Under the pieces are notes generated by a model. That model had not been told where the DNA came from and made no database searches. It saw only the letters and a list, made by a program, of their open reading frames with translations. A stretch of 55,844 bases of DNA, from contig NC_057749.1 of assembly GCF_004010195.1 (NCBI RefSeq), forward strand, positions 14,481,142-14,536,985, written 5' to 3'. Made by a program: the position numbers and the translations under genes. Positions 1 through 13,339 of the stretch are shown here, piece after piece (the first letter of the stretch is position 1; every line of letters starts with the position of its first letter). Source of the DNA: Chiloscyllium plagiosum (taxonomy: Eukaryota).

Positions 1-1466
1 TCTTAAGAGTAAGAAAGAGAAAATGGGAAACATGACATTGGTACTTGTTAACAAGACTCACACTAGGATGCTGTTTATTGTCATCCAGCAATCTTCTTTT
101 TGTAAATTAGAAATGTCCATTGAAACAATATAAGATTCCAAGGCAGCTTGGCTAGAATTACACTGAAACCAAGATCTGGTTTTAGTTCAAGGATTCTTTA
201 CACTTTGAAAGTCGCAGGAGTAATCGGACCTCAGGGTTGCTCTGGGAATGGGATGTTCTATATCGAGTGTCATTTATTGTGCCAAACTTTCACAAGGTGA
301 TAACCTGATCTTACGGGAGTTGTGTATTGAAAGATAAAAATGAACATTGAGTATAACTACTGACAGTGGATTGCTGCCACATCAGACTAAATTTTGTGAT
401 GTTGGCATTAACAAGGGGCAACAGGTGTCTCATAAAGAATGTTGCTGCTGAAGACAATGTTTTAACAAATATTGAAGAAGCAGTGTATGCATTTTGCTGT
501 GGAGTACAAAGTGATGCACTGGACTCTTCTCCATTATTTCTTAACAGCAAGTACTCAATTTTGGCAAGACTAAGATAGGGTAGTTCAAGGAAGGCAGTGG
601 TGAGATACTTTATGCTATTTCCCTGTACCTCTCAGTGCCAAATTAGGAGCTGTTTTTGTAAAAATTATAGAACTTAAAGATTTTATATCCTTGTTTCATA
701 TTTATTATTGATGAATGTAATTACAAATCTCTTTAATTCTGTTTACTATCCTCATCCTAAACTTATATCTTATAATATCTTATAAAACAGGGATGTTTTA
801 ATTTTCCAATTCTGTCCTCTCCTGAAGCCACGAATATTGTTGGTACCTCAAGTTATAATGTGACCATTCTCCAGATGTGAAATTTAAAGTGAATGACAAT
901 ATCTTCTTCCACTTAGTTATTTATGCGCAATGATTTTTCTGCTGGGAATCTGTTGTTAATGGATTCTAACCAGTCTGGTCAACACATTTTATTTGATTTT
1001 ATCTGTTTATTAGTCCAACAGTTCTCTCCTATAGCTCTAGCTATTCCTCTATTATACGTATTTTTAATCAAACCATTCAGATATATTATGACACGTCTTC
1101 AACCCAAGATGTTCTGGTCCATAGAAACATTACGACATGCCACAAAATTCCTTTTGTTTCCCCTTAGTTATCAATTAATCCATCAAAGCCATCACCTTTT
1201 TCCTCTCTGATCTTAATTACTTGTTATATTAATATTAACCAGCAGCAAACAGGATGTGGTTTGGTTGACTTGATCATCATGGTTAAATATTCCACATTAG
1301 AGTTCGCCTGAAAAGAACAACCATCTGGGAAGGTACTATAGGTATTCCAGAGGGGTGTGATGCTTTCAGGGGAATGACTGCAGTGATAATTGTCAAAATA
1401 ATGACACTAGCCTGTTTCTGATGCTGTTGTTATTCTTTAACTGGAAGTTTTCTTATTTTTTTGCAG

Positions 1467-1603
1467 GCTCTGGTGAGACACCCACCCTGGAAACCATTGA
1501 TTCCTACATGAGGAAACTACACAGTATTATTCTATCCAACCCTCAAAATAATGAAAATCTCATTGCCACAGTACGTGACTTAGTAAGTCAACTTGACAGG
1601 TGA
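1467..1603 (+). CDS. HMG20A: HMG20A (iBRAF) C-terminal coding exon
   Basis: Polypyrimidine tract + ttgcAG acceptor at 1465-1466. Translation GSGETPTLETIDSYMRKLHSIILSNPQNNENLIATVRDLVSQLDR* closely matches the recalled human HMG20A C-terminus (GSGETPTVDTIDSYMNRLHSIILANPQDNENFIATVREVVNRLDR). Upstream exons lie outside the window. Confidence 0.95.
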
Positions 1604-1827
1604 GGAGGCAGTATCCGGTATCAAAGAGTACTCTGTGCTGACCCTCAGCATACTGTCTGAGATTATCAGCAGCCAGTGGGGAATCTCTATATTTGATGAT
1701 TAATTTGAGGCTTATTTAGACATTCAAAACTATCCATGTTTGCATTTACTGTTTTTCCAGTGATTATTGGTTGGGGACAGTGTTGTGCAACATTGGTGAG
1801 AGTTATGTTACAGATACAACATGGATT

Positions 1828-2172
1828 GGGAGCAACACGATGGCTCAGTGGTTAGCACTACTGCCTCACAGCACCAAGGAACCAGATTTGATTCCAGCAT
1901 TGTGTGACTGTGTGGAGTTTGAATGTTCTCCCCATATTTGCATAGGCTTCTACTGAGTGTTCTAGTTGCCTACTACAGTCCAGAGAGGTGGAAGTTAGAT
2001 GGATTGGCATGCTAAATTGCCACATAGTGTCGAGGATACGCATGACAAATGGAAGATCCACTTAGCATTACAGGGCTAGGGTGAGGGCATGGGTCTTGGT
2101 GGGATGCTGTTCGGAAGGTCGGTGCAGACTCGATGGGCCAAATGGCCTCTATCTACACTATAGGGATTCTGT
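1828..2172 (+). mobile_element. HE1-type V-SINE (tRNA-derived)
   Basis: tRNA-like head ggctcagtggttagcactactgcctcacagc, V-domain tgtgtggagtttgaatgttctcccc, HER1-LINE-like tail gatgggccaaatggcctc. Confidence 0.85.
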
Positions 2173-2569
2173 GGATGCCGCAAAAATATTATCAACATGC
2201 AAGATAGATTAATAGCTAAGAAAGCCAAATGTAAAATGATTTAGCAGTCTCTGGTTTGTGCGATGTCACAAAAAATCAAAATCAAGAAACTGCCTCTCGA
2301 ACAGCACTCTAGTTGTACCTACATCACATGGACTGCAATGGATCAAGAAAATGGGTCACCACCACAGTGTGGATGGCAATTAAGGATAAGCAATAAATGC
2401 TGGCCTAGCCAGAAACACTCACATCCCATGAATGAATAAGAAGACAATAAGTTTTGTAGAATTAAGAACAGGAAATGAGCTTTAAAATGGAATTTTGCGG
2501 TTCATTTTGAAGCACAAACCTGGCATGGCTGATGTCTGCCTATCCTTCATTTTTAAATGCACTTATTGA

Positions 2570-3720
2570 ACCCATGAGAGTATATATAAATGATTTGGAT
2601 GAAAATTTCGCTGATTTGATTAGTAAGTTTGCAGTTGACATGAAAATTGGTAGAGCTGTAGATAGTAAGGAAGGATATCAAAGGATATAAATCAGCTGGA
2701 AAGTTGGGCGGTGAAATGGTGGATGGCATTTAAAACGGACATGTGTGAAGTGATGCATTTTGAGAGGTGAAATGCAATAGAAAAGTACACTGGGCCCTTA
2801 GGAGCATTAATATACAGAGGGATCTTGGAGTCCAAGTCCATCGCTGCTGGTGGAATAACTTCACAGAGGCTGGAATCACTCTTTATTTACATTGAACCGT
2901 CCTTCACTTTAGAGCTGCCTCATACAGAGTCAGGCGCCAGAGTGTCAATATTTCTGCCACTCATCTTTCTTTATATGTCAGCCAAGACTTCCTGATTGAA
3001 TAGGATTAACAGCCCCAATCAGGGAACTCATACTGTATGAGGTCCAGCTGGCTGACCTTGTAGCAATCATTACAGTGGCAACACAAATGGATAAGGTGGT
3101 AAAGTAGGTATACAGCATGCTTGCCTTCATTGGTCAGGGCATTGAGTGCAAAGGTTTCCAAATCATGTTGCAACTGTATAAGACATTGGTCAGGCTACAT
3201 TTGGAGTTCTCTGTGCATTTCTAGTCACTGAACTATAGGAAGGATGTGAAGGGTTTGGGGGTGGTGCAGAAGAGGTTAACCAAGATGTTACTGAGATTGG
3301 AGTGTATTAGCTATAAGGGGAGGTTGATCAAACATGGATTGTTTTAGAGCATCAGAGGCTGAGGGGTAACCTGATAGAAGTATATAAAATAATGAGAGGC
3401 ATGGACAGGGTCGATGGTCAAAGTCTCTTTCTCAGGGTGGAAATGTCAAATACTAGGGGACATCGGTTTAAGGTGAGGTGGGGAATGTTTAAAGGTGATG
3501 CGCAAGGAAGATGTTTTAGACAGAGAGTGGTGGCACCTGGAACGTGCTTTAAGGATTGGTGGTAGAAGCAGATAGAATAACAATGTCTAAGCAGCATTCA
3601 GACAGAAAATAGACAGATGCAGGCTATGTGTAGGCAAAAGTTAGTTTAGAATAGCATAATGGTCAGCACAGACATGGTGGGCCAAAAGGCCTGTTCCTAT
3701 CATGCACTGTTCTGTGTTCT
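2570..3720 (+). mobile_element. Degenerate CR1/HER1-type LINE 3' part, interrupted by a solo LTR-like insert
   Basis: Decayed RT C-terminal motifs (aagtttgcagttgac ~ KFADD; LVRLHLEF; gtgcagaagaggttaaccaagatg ~ VQKRFTRM) and the typical 3' tail. Confidence 0.8.
2847..3065 (-). mobile_element. Solo LTR-like repeat (same family as 45688-45910)
   Basis: Reverse complement resembles 45688-45910 (caaggtcagccagctggacctc...tatgagttccctgattggggctgtt...aataaa...gattccagcctctgtgaag). It interrupts the CR1 copy. Confidence 0.6.
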
Positions 3721-4117
3721 GTGAGAACTTCAAAAATGCGCAAAGAATCTGGATGAGTTACAAATGACTCTCATCCATGGGCTTTGGCCCCTACAAGAAG
3801 TTGATTCTATCATGACATTGGAGGAGTGGTGGTAGAAAAGGAGAGATGCTTGGTGGTAAGGGGGAATTCACTCTTAATGAACTGAAATCATATAGAAATG
3901 TTTTAATATTTGACATCTGTTAGTTTTCAAAAATGTTGCAACATCTGGGTTGAAACCAGATGCAAAGGGGAAAATGTTGGATGATTAACCAGAAAGGCTT
4001 TAACATCAGTGTTCCAATTCTGAAGAGATTATGAAAGATTTGTCAAGGCATAATGCTTTAATGGAATGGGATTTTTAAATTCAACTTTTGTTTTCTCCCC
4101 TTTCCCGCCATATCCAG

Positions 4118-6800
4118 TTGAAATCGTGATTGATTCTGAGGGCATCATCATCTGTTTACACAGCTCGAGCAGTCTGAAATGGAAGATGCCACTTAGACTT
4201 GCAAAGAGAATGAAATGGCAGCTACTGTCTGAGGCCTTGGAGTTCAGCTTGCTTTGGGGAAGAACTGTTCCCAGCCACAGGTCTTCTTTCATTTCTAATG
4301 CACTGAAAGTCTGCCGACCTACAGGGGACTGTTGTGTTGCCCCTTATTCTCTGGAAGTTTGATCTCTTCTCATTCCATCACTGGGTGACTAAATGGATGA
4401 CTAAAGCCAAATGTTTCTGTATTATTTGTGTGAAACCTTCTCTTGTGGCATTGAAGGCTTTGGGTGCTTAATCATCAAATTTATCTATTCAATAGCTTTT
4501 TAAAAAACAAAACAGATTGTTCATTTTCCTTTTCTACCTTGAAAATGGCAACATGTCCTGCACATAGAAGCAAGCTCCTAGATGAAGCTGATTTTAATTA
4601 TTTGAGTTGATGACTTTCTGAAATCCTGAATGTGTTTACCAAACCAGAACTTTTTTTAAAAAAATCAAGAGTCCCTGTGGTTGAATAGGCCAATGTAAAG
4701 GTAAATTCGGCAAGTCAGGGAATTCCCAGATTCAATCGCTGGCCTGTGCTGGCTTCCTTGGTCTCAACCAGTTAATGGTGATGCAATTGGCCATAACTGC
4801 TCCAAATGAAGTGGAATTGGGAAAGATTGCCCAGAGTTCCCATCCTGTTTTGCTATCTAGTCATTCCTGCTTCAATGTGTATATTTGGCAAGGGAAAGAA
4901 TCAGCTTTAAATGCCCCTCAATGACATGGGGAGTGTATGTGGTACGTGAAAGTACATGGTTGGTGAAGACTGAATCTAACTAATCAGAATGCAACATAGC
5001 GCAGTTAGTTAAAACATACTATATTAGCTGAAATATGAAAAATCGAACCGACAGCTTGATTATAGAGTATCAGTGGAACAGTATTTCAGCAACATCTTCA
5101 AATGAGGAGAGAAAACTAGCAACATTTTGCATTACTTGCCATGTATTAAACTCAAATTGAGATTGGATTTGTGGAAATTATTTTGTATTGGTATGTAAAT
5201 CATGAATTCCAGTTAAATGACCTGGAGAACATCTTCATGTTGTGGTGCTTTTAATACATCATTGTTGAGACTGGAACATAACCCCAGACAATATATTCCA
5301 AGACTTGTCTTTTGTTTCATGTGAGGCTGGTTTATTTTTAATGATCTTGGGGTTTTTTGCAGGGGGACTGGGGGGTGTTGTCACTTAGGCAATGAAGTCT
5401 ATTGCATCTATGAAATTGAGACGAATGGTCTACTCTAGGTTTGTTGAAGGGAAAGGTTGAAATAATTACTGAGGCTTCGTGGGTTGCGCTTGAGAGTTTG
5501 AATCAAAGCCAATTGAGGGTCCTATTTCCTTGGATGGATTCAGTTTACATAGCGCTAGTGGGTCAGGTGGATTTCTCAGCTTGTGTCTATTTTCAGAATC
5601 TGCAGTATCTAACCAGTGTATGTGACTGATTAACCGATTGCGTACCAGAATCTCTCTGAATATTTAGGAAAATGCACCTCAGATCAAACCTTTAACCTCA
5701 AAGAATAGAGGCCATCCTCATCCATGAACTGGGCAGGTCATTTCATATTCCTATGTGTTACCCATTGATCTCCTCCATTGGAAAATGCATGTGGATATCA
5801 GGTCAAGTACAATTGCATGTCTGTTATATGACCCCCTAATTATTACATAAAGGAATGAAATATTGAAACAAGCTCAATGCACTTGCATTGCTGTCCAGGT
5901 GGCCTCCGGAAACTGACACACATGGCTGATTTTAAGATACTTCAATTGGTCATTTGGGAAATTAGCTTGGATTCTCATTTCCTCAGCACTATCCAGCAAC
6001 GTGTACAAGAAGAATTTCTGCTAAATGAAGGTATGGTTGAACTTTGTCCGCCAGAATAATTGTCCTCTGATACTCATTATGTACACTTTCATATGAAGCA
6101 CATATTTTTGATGGTCACCACTCCCTATTGAATTATATTCTTAGCATGAGTCATTGCTTCAGTAAATGCGGACAAAAACTCCTAGTGTAAGATTTTCTGT
6201 CAGTTTTACTGGTGCCTAAAATTCTGAAGTGTTCCCCATCTAATATTTCACCCCTTCATAAGCCTAAACATGTGCCAAAACATAATTCTCCTGTTCTGAA
6301 ATTCTGTCCTCCATTGCATACATGTTTGAGAATGCACTGAAGTACACCAAATGAAATGAATAAATCTGTCAACTCAGAATTTCCTTAACAATTTCTTATC
6401 TCTCCCTGCAAATTGATCTTTCTTTTCTTGTTTAGAGACTGTTTAATCTTCCAAGTTCTGCAGTTTATATTTTGTTTGAATATAGATTGAATCATAACCT
6501 TAAAAAAAAATACAAACCGTTTAATGGTCAAACCACAAAATTTCCATTTGCAGAAACAGTGATCTCGTACTGTTTTGATAAACTGCCTCTTGAAGGTTGT
6601 TAGGAAACTATGATCTAAACCACTGCCAGTAGACAAGATAATGATAAAGAGAATAGTCCAGAATGGTCTGCAATAATGCAGTTGCTCTTTCAAGCTGTTA
6701 ACTGATTGAACAATTTATGCACACAGATTGCATTTTGAAGGAGTTACAGTGTAACTGCAGTTAAAAATGAAAACTATTAAATATTTATGAAAGCTGATCA
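4118..6800 (+). other. HMG20A: Probable HMG20A terminal exon / 3'UTR
   Basis: Strong acceptor (ttttgttttctcccctttcccgccatatccAG at 4116-4117) followed by T-TGA. AT-rich, repeat-poor sequence follows, with polyA signals AATAAA 6359-6364, ATTAAA 6776-6781 (followed by a GT/T-rich tract) and AATAAA 6859-6864. Confidence 0.6.
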
Positions 6801-7239
6801 CTCTTATGTATGTGTTTTTAAAAATGTCCATGTCACTACAAGGACAAGATAAACTCACAATAAATCCTTTTTGATTTTGCCTTTAGGAATCTGGATATTT
6901 TGTTAAAATCCTCCCACTGCAGAGAGTTGATGATAGACATATTTGTCCTTATGCTAAATAGTAATTTGAGAACCATTTTCAAGGATTTTTACAAGGAGTT
7001 TCAGGCCAAGTTGTTGATAAGCTAGTCAACATTTTGTTTGAAGATCAGGAAAACACCGGGTTTCGATTGTGGTCTTTTACCTCTGTTACGTAGGCTAACA
7101 GAAAACCAGAGTTCCTTTGCTGGTCACTATGCAATGATACCGACTGGAAACAGGTTTATGCAGATAGAAGCAGCCTCAGTTGTGTCCAATAATTAACAGT
7201 TCAATAATCATTTGTTGACTCGGCTAACACAGGAAGAAT

Positions 7240-7328
7240 TCCTGATGAAGGGCTTTTGCCCGAAGCGTCGATTTTCCTGCTCCTCGGATGCTGCCTGACC
7301 TGCTGTGCCTTTCCAGCAGCACTCTAAT
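7240..7328 (+). mobile_element. Hammerhead-bearing mini-retroelement with 16-bp target-site duplication (TSD)
   Basis: CTGATGA (7242-7248)-a-gggc-tttt-gccc-GAAG-cgtc, flanked by identical ctaacacaggaagaat at 7224-7239 and 7329-7344. Confidence 0.8.
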
Positions 7329-8707
7329 CTAACACAGGAAGAATGGCAACTTGTGCTCAGGACTGATACTGACCCACGAAACATACACCACAGAGAAAAT
7401 TCCATCTCTTGAATAATAAAGGGAAAGTCGAAGAAAAACTAAATTCAGGAAGACTACAAATCATGTATACCATTTCATCTATAGCAGGAATGTCACAAAA
7501 TAGGAGCAGGATTACACCATTTAGCCCATTGACTCAGCTCCATCATCTAATAAGATTGTATCTGTGCATTAACACTTGTTGCGTATGCATCTTAATTCTT
7601 GATTCCCTTGCCAGTCGCAAAAAAACTTATCTATCCAGACACTTGGGCTAAATTAGTAGAATTGAGTGAATAACATAATTTTTTTTTATTCACTAACAGG
7701 ATTTATTGTCATAGGAGGAACATAGATAGTTAAACTGGCATTTTTGTTGTCACTCAGTTTTTGATGATACTATCCTACTTAGAGCCTCTCTCAACCCTCT
7801 GGATGCAATTCTAATGATGAGGAAACTGGAAATATTCACGTGGAAACTATCACAAGACTCTGCGTGCACCACTGCCACATTGTTTTGTACAGAGCCTTAC
7901 TGATATATTTGAAATGCATTTTTTACCTTCGGTGACTTCTCCCAGGCAACTAGAGCACCCAGTGTCCAAAAAAGCACAACAATTAGTTTACACAAGAACA
8001 ACATTCACAACAGGACCCAGGCATTTCTGCAGTGTTAGTCACTCAGTCTAAATCAACAGTGTCCTGTGACTACCATGTGAAAGCAGCTCCAGTCTGGTTC
8101 ACAAATCTCCCTTTTTCATTATAAATGGGGTCTCAGTATAAGTGGCTATTTTTATCACTGGACTGAAACTATTATTTCTTTCTTTAGCCAGTTTTCTTTA
8201 TCTTGAGTTTGTTCTGCATCTATTTTCTCTTTAGTCTGTTGCCTTGGAATTACAATATGCAGCTGCTGTGGCATAAAATAATTATTATTGCTATTCTACT
8301 GTAACTCTGGAGTCAGAATGATGATCTGATTCCATTACATTGAAGCCACTCCTTGCCACTTCATTTAATCATTCTGGTATTGCAGTTCCTAACATTTGCC
8401 CTAAACCACTTATTTAATTTTCAAAGTTTTAAAATTAACAATTATACTAGTTTCTTCTTTCCATTGCTTTGATTTATTCTGTTTCATTTATCCTTCGTAA
8501 ATGCCGAAAGCAATGCTGTGCATTCTTATGTAGTTGAGTTAAAACTCCTCCAGCTAAGAATTTGCTTTTTAGTCGGTGGTCTGCAGTTTTTGGTTGGCAA
8601 GTCTGTCTTTCTTAATATTGTCTTTATTCAGCTGCTGCTTTATAACCCTGGCCAAAACCTTTAAGTGTCGGTCTGGGCCTTACTAATCCTATTGCTTTGC
8701 CATCTTG

Positions 8708-9133
8708 ATTGAATAGGCTGGGGCTGTTTTTCCCTGGAGCATCAGAGGCTGAGTGGCAACCATATAGAGGTTTATAAAATCATGAGGGGCATGGATAAGA
8801 TAAATAAACAAAGTCTTTTCCCTGGGGTGGGGGAAGTCCAGAACTACAGGGCATAGGTTTAGGGTGAGGGGGGCAAGATATTAAAGAGACCTAAGGGGTG
8901 ACATTTTCACGCAGAGGGTGGTACATGTATGGAATGAGCTGCCAGAGGAAGTGGTGGAGGCTGGTACAATTGAAACATTTAAAAGGCATCTGCATGGGTA
9001 TATGAATATGAAATGTTCGGAGGGATATGTGCCGCGTGCTGGCAGGTGGAACTAGATTAGGTTGGGATATCTGGTCGGCATGGACGAGTTGGTCCGAAGG
9101 GTCTGTTTCTGCTCTGTACATCTATGACTCTAT
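8708..9133 (+). mobile_element. HER1/CR1 LINE 3' fragment
   Basis: LNRLGLFSLE...FTQRVVHVWNELPEEVVEAGT coding remnant and tail ccgaagggtctgtttc...ctatgactctatga. Confidence 0.9.
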
Positions 9134-9189
9134 GAGGAGGATGATTCTCTTGTTTTGTAAACTCAGCACATGATAATCTTCTCTCTACA

Positions 9190-9317
9190 TAAATTGCTGG
9201 AAAAGCTCAGAACGTCTGAAGAAGGGTTACTCGATCTGAAATGTTAACTCTGCTTTCTCTCCACAGATGGTGCCAAACCTGCTGAGCTTTCCCAGCAATT
9301 TATAGCATCTGCTGTTC
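9190..9317 (+). mobile_element. Short repeat with hammerhead-like core (second family)
   Basis: CTGAAGA (9216-9222)-agggttactcgatct-GAAA-tgttaactctg...ctccacagatg...ctgctgagctt. Related copies lie near 10690-10890, 31525-31630, 33815-33935 and 45385-45490. Confidence 0.6.
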
Positions 9318-9612
9318 ATAGAATCCCGACAGTGTGAAAGCAGGTTATTCAGCCCATCGATTCCATACCGACTCTCAGAAGAACATCCCACCTAGACCCA
9401 TCCCCTACCCTATCCCTGTAACCCTGCATTTCTCATGGCCAGTCCATGTAACCTGCACATCTCTGGACTGTGGGAGGAAACTGGAGGACCTGGAAGAAAT
9501 CCATGCAAACACGGGGAGAATGTGCTAATTCCACACAGTCACCCGAGAGTGGAATCGCACCTGAGTCCCTGGTGCTGTGAGACATGTGAACCACTGAGCC
9601 ACTGTGTGACCC
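9318..9612 (-). mobile_element. HE1-type V-SINE
   Basis: Reverse-strand HE1 (aaccactgagccac, cacggggagaatgtgc, ggactgtgggaggaaac). Confidence 0.85.
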
Positions 9613-11039
9613 TTTTGGTTCTTTTGGTTTTTATTTTATAATCTTCTATCCATTGTATTCAAGTTAATTTTCTTAAAGAGAATGGTTTGTAACAGATACT
9701 GCAATTGAAAACATTTTCCTACAGGAACTTTAATAGGATAGAAATTACAGCACAGAATGTGGCCATCATATTCATGTTTGGTCATTAACTGAAGTTCATG
9801 TTTCCTAACTTCATCTTCTTGTTTTACCCGTCTAGAATTTTCTTTTTCAAATACGTATCTGGGTTACATTCAAATGCTATTATAATTTCTGCTTGAAAAT
9901 CCATTGTGATGAAAGCAATCAAAATTCTAACTTCAAGAAAGCTTTCCTATTGTGCTGTATGTCTGTCTGCTGGCAATCCTGAATTATGTTGTCTTGTTAA
10001 CAATTATACAAGTTACGTATTGGTGAATAGAGAGACTTTTCATCTTGCATTCATCTGCACAAACACAAGATTGCCAAATTTCAAATTGTCACAACAATTC
10101 GTGCTACAGGAGAAAAGGATACTGATTAGTTAGCAACTCAGCTCTGATTGGTTGAAGCATCGCAATGGAAAAAGTAACAGGGATCTGGAGGCTGCCCAAG
10201 CTCCCGGGTAATTCTATAAAGGCACAAATTTTGAACAATTAATTGAAACAACCTTGTATTGTTCATAGTTCTGCAAATCTCTAGTCAAACCTTTTTAATC
10301 CCTATTGTACTGGATTGAAGGGAGAAGAAGGGGTTAAAGCCTTTTTTTTAATGTTTCTTCCAAACATTAATCTTTCTGATGTGGTAGCATTCTACTTGGT
10401 CTTAGTTATATCCTTCCATGGTACTAATATACTTCCTTTAGTGGATAGAGTAATTAAACTTGGAAAAATATTTTGAAATATACCAGGGAGCTGGAACAGA
10501 AAAGAAACAGGTTTAGGTTGTGAAAGACAATTTAGACCAGATGGCAGGAAGTATTTCTTTACTCACAGCTGGACTCCTTTAAAAGCAGCTGTTTAGTGTG
10601 AAGGTGGTGGGGTTGGTGTTGTGGAAGGATGAGATGAAATGAGCTAATGGGTCTTCTGAACCTGAACCCAACTCACAATTCTTCCAAAGAAAAACAGAAA
10701 TTGCTTTAAAAATTCAGCAGGTCTGGCAGCATGTGTGGGGAGAAATCTTCAGAACTTGGAAGAACCCTTCTTTAGAACTCGCTGGACCCAAAAAATTTAA
10801 CTCTGATTTCTATCCATAGATGTGGCCACACCGGCTGAGTGTTTCCAACAGTTGCTGTTTTTGTTTCAGATTTCCAGCATCTGCAGTTCTTCCAGTTTCC
10901 AAGTATGCTCATTTGACTACTTGTGTTTTGGAAGAGTCCCTTCTTATTCTATTCTCACCTTCCTAGAATTCTCCTGCTTGCTGAGTAAGTAAAATCAATA
11001 CCTTAGGAATTTTACTTGACCAAATAGACTAAGAAAGAA

Positions 11040-11395
11040 ACAACTTAATTTTCATGTCCCAAAGTATTTTAGAGCCAATGAAGCACTTTTGAAATGTAAT
11101 CACTGCTGTAATGCATAAAATGTGGCAGCCAATTTATGGACAGCAAGGTCCAATAGGTAATGGCCACATAATATATTGTTGAGCATTAAATATCAGTCAG
11201 GACACAAGTATCCTTCTACATTATAGTGTCATGGAATTTCTGATATTCACACAAAAAGGTGCAAGATGATGCCTTTTCTATAGTACACTTGCTCCCAACT
11301 GCACAGCATTGTCAGTCTGGACTTATTTATAAGCCTCTGCTGTGACTTGAACCCTTAACTTTCTGATGTAGAGGCAAGAGTGCTGTCCTAGAGCT
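11040..11395 (-). mobile_element. Deu-domain SINE (SacSINE/AmnSINE-like), old
   Basis: agccaatgaagcacttttgaaatgtaatcactgctgtaatg...gcagccaatttatggacagcaagg is the reverse of the Deu domain. B-box-like cttgaaccc near 11346. Confidence 0.6.
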
Positions 11396-12737
11396 GACTT
11401 GTGTCTCCTGCCTGGTCTGTGTGTATAACCATATGGTGTAGGAGCAGAAGTAAACCATTTGATCCATCACACCCGCTCTGCCATTCAATAAGATCAAAGC
11501 TGATCTGATAATTCTCAACTCCAGTTAGATGATTCCTGTTGGGTCAGCAATTGAAAGGAGCATAGGGTGATTTGTAGATTTGGATAGGTGCCAGAAGTTG
11601 ACAGGGAAAAAGCCAGTCAAACACAAAATGTTGTATACACCTAATTTTGATGTTTGCTCAATCTTTTTGTGTTCTATTATGCGGTGACCAAGAATCTAAA
11701 CTCCCAATATCATTTGTATATGCATTCAATCAAGTTTAGGATGCTGAAGATTTGAGGGAGTGGAATTCTTACATCTTTGCGTAAGAATGACAGGTGCTAA
11801 TTCATTGGCATAACTAGTCCTTAACTATGCAGCTATGTCTTAAGGTACTAAGAGCACAACTTAAAAATTTCTTGTATGTAGAACAGCCAGGACAGTGAGA
11901 TGCAGGAGTGATCGTAGGGTTCCTCCCTCCCCCCACTGTGCATCAATTAGCCTAGGACAATATTGAGTTTCATAAACCTTCAGAAAAGCAACCTAGTGCC
12001 AGGACTGAAGAGAATTAGAAAATCGTTCATTAGTTAGCTCAGCAGTACAGTGACAGTCACTGCACTTTGCCCATCTGTTTTTCTTTGAATTCGTGATCTA
12101 AATTTGTATTAATCTCTAGCTTTATATTCAGCCACTGAGCAGGAGACGTGATTATTTGTATCCCCGGGGACTGCTGTGCTATGGCTGTCTTCTGTATTTA
12201 AAACAAAGCAAAACAAATCTGTTCCTCTTCTATGTTCCACAAAGTAAAGGATGCTGGAATACAGAAATTGCCTTTATGATGACCTAAATACATCTGAACC
12301 GAAAAAGCTTGTATGAAACCACACGTTGTGGGAAGTATGCTTTGATAATTTTTTGGTTTACCATATACTTTTGTCTGTTGGCAGCGTGCAGCTTTGTTTA
12401 GCGGTCTTGCTCTCTGTTTGTATATCATTTGCTTTCCAACCAATTGTGCCGTCCCTTTTTTCTCAATCTGATTTTGTTTCAATCTTGAAGGATTGTCTCA
12501 TAATTTAGACAATCTTTAGGTAGGTGTCCTGAATAACTGCTCTCTTGAATCAATTGTAGGTAATGGTGAGCTGATTGACTGACTAAATTTAGAGCCCCGC
12601 GTGATCCTGTACTTTTTCAAATTCCCGATGCACACAAAGGGACAGCTTGGCGGAGTGAATGTCTTAATATCTCTCCTAGCTGAAGCATCGAGAGCTAGGT
12701 ATCACACTTTCAGCATAAGGAGCTGATCATCAAGGAT

Positions 12738-12970
12738 TTAACATTTTCACACAGAGGGTGGTGCATGTATGGAATGAGGTGCCAGGGGAAGTAGTGGAAG
12801 CTGGGACAATTACAATATTTAAAAGGCATCTGGATGGGATAGGAATAGAAAGGGTTTAGAGGGCTATGGGCCAAATGCTAGCAAATGGGACTGGATTAAT
12901 TTAGGATATCTGGTCGGCATGGACAAGTTGTACCAAAGGGTGTTTCCATGCTGTGCATCTCTAAAATTCG
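12738..12970 (+). mobile_element. HER1/CR1 LINE 3' fragment nested in an older CR1 remnant (to ~13230)
   Basis: aacattttcacacagagggtggtgcatgtatggaatgag...ggatatctggtcggcatggacaagttg. Confidence 0.8.
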
Positions 12971-13339
12971 ATGAATTATATAAAGTGAAGTTTCTTCATT
13001 TAGAGGGATGTGATGTATTAGAATTTTCCACCATTGAGGTTTGTGGATGCTCAGCTGAATCGTGAGTATGTGCAAGGCTGAGATAAATCATTTTTTTAAA
13101 CAGTAATGGAATAGAGGGATGTAGACAATCGGAAGTGAAGTTCAGGTAGATGATCAGCCATGATCATGATAAATGAAGGAGCGAAGTCAACAGAAGAATG
13201 GCTTACACCCACTTTATCTTTTATTCTATGACCCATCCACTGAATATACAATGTGAAACAAGTCATGGCACCAATAATATCACTGAATCAGAAACTGCCC
13301 ATATTAAGGCTGCTACTACATAATGGCAGTAGAGAGGTC

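Noticed and set aside
1828..1900. tRNA gene
   Set aside because: tRNA-like A box only; it is the head of an HE1 SINE with no full cloverleaf.
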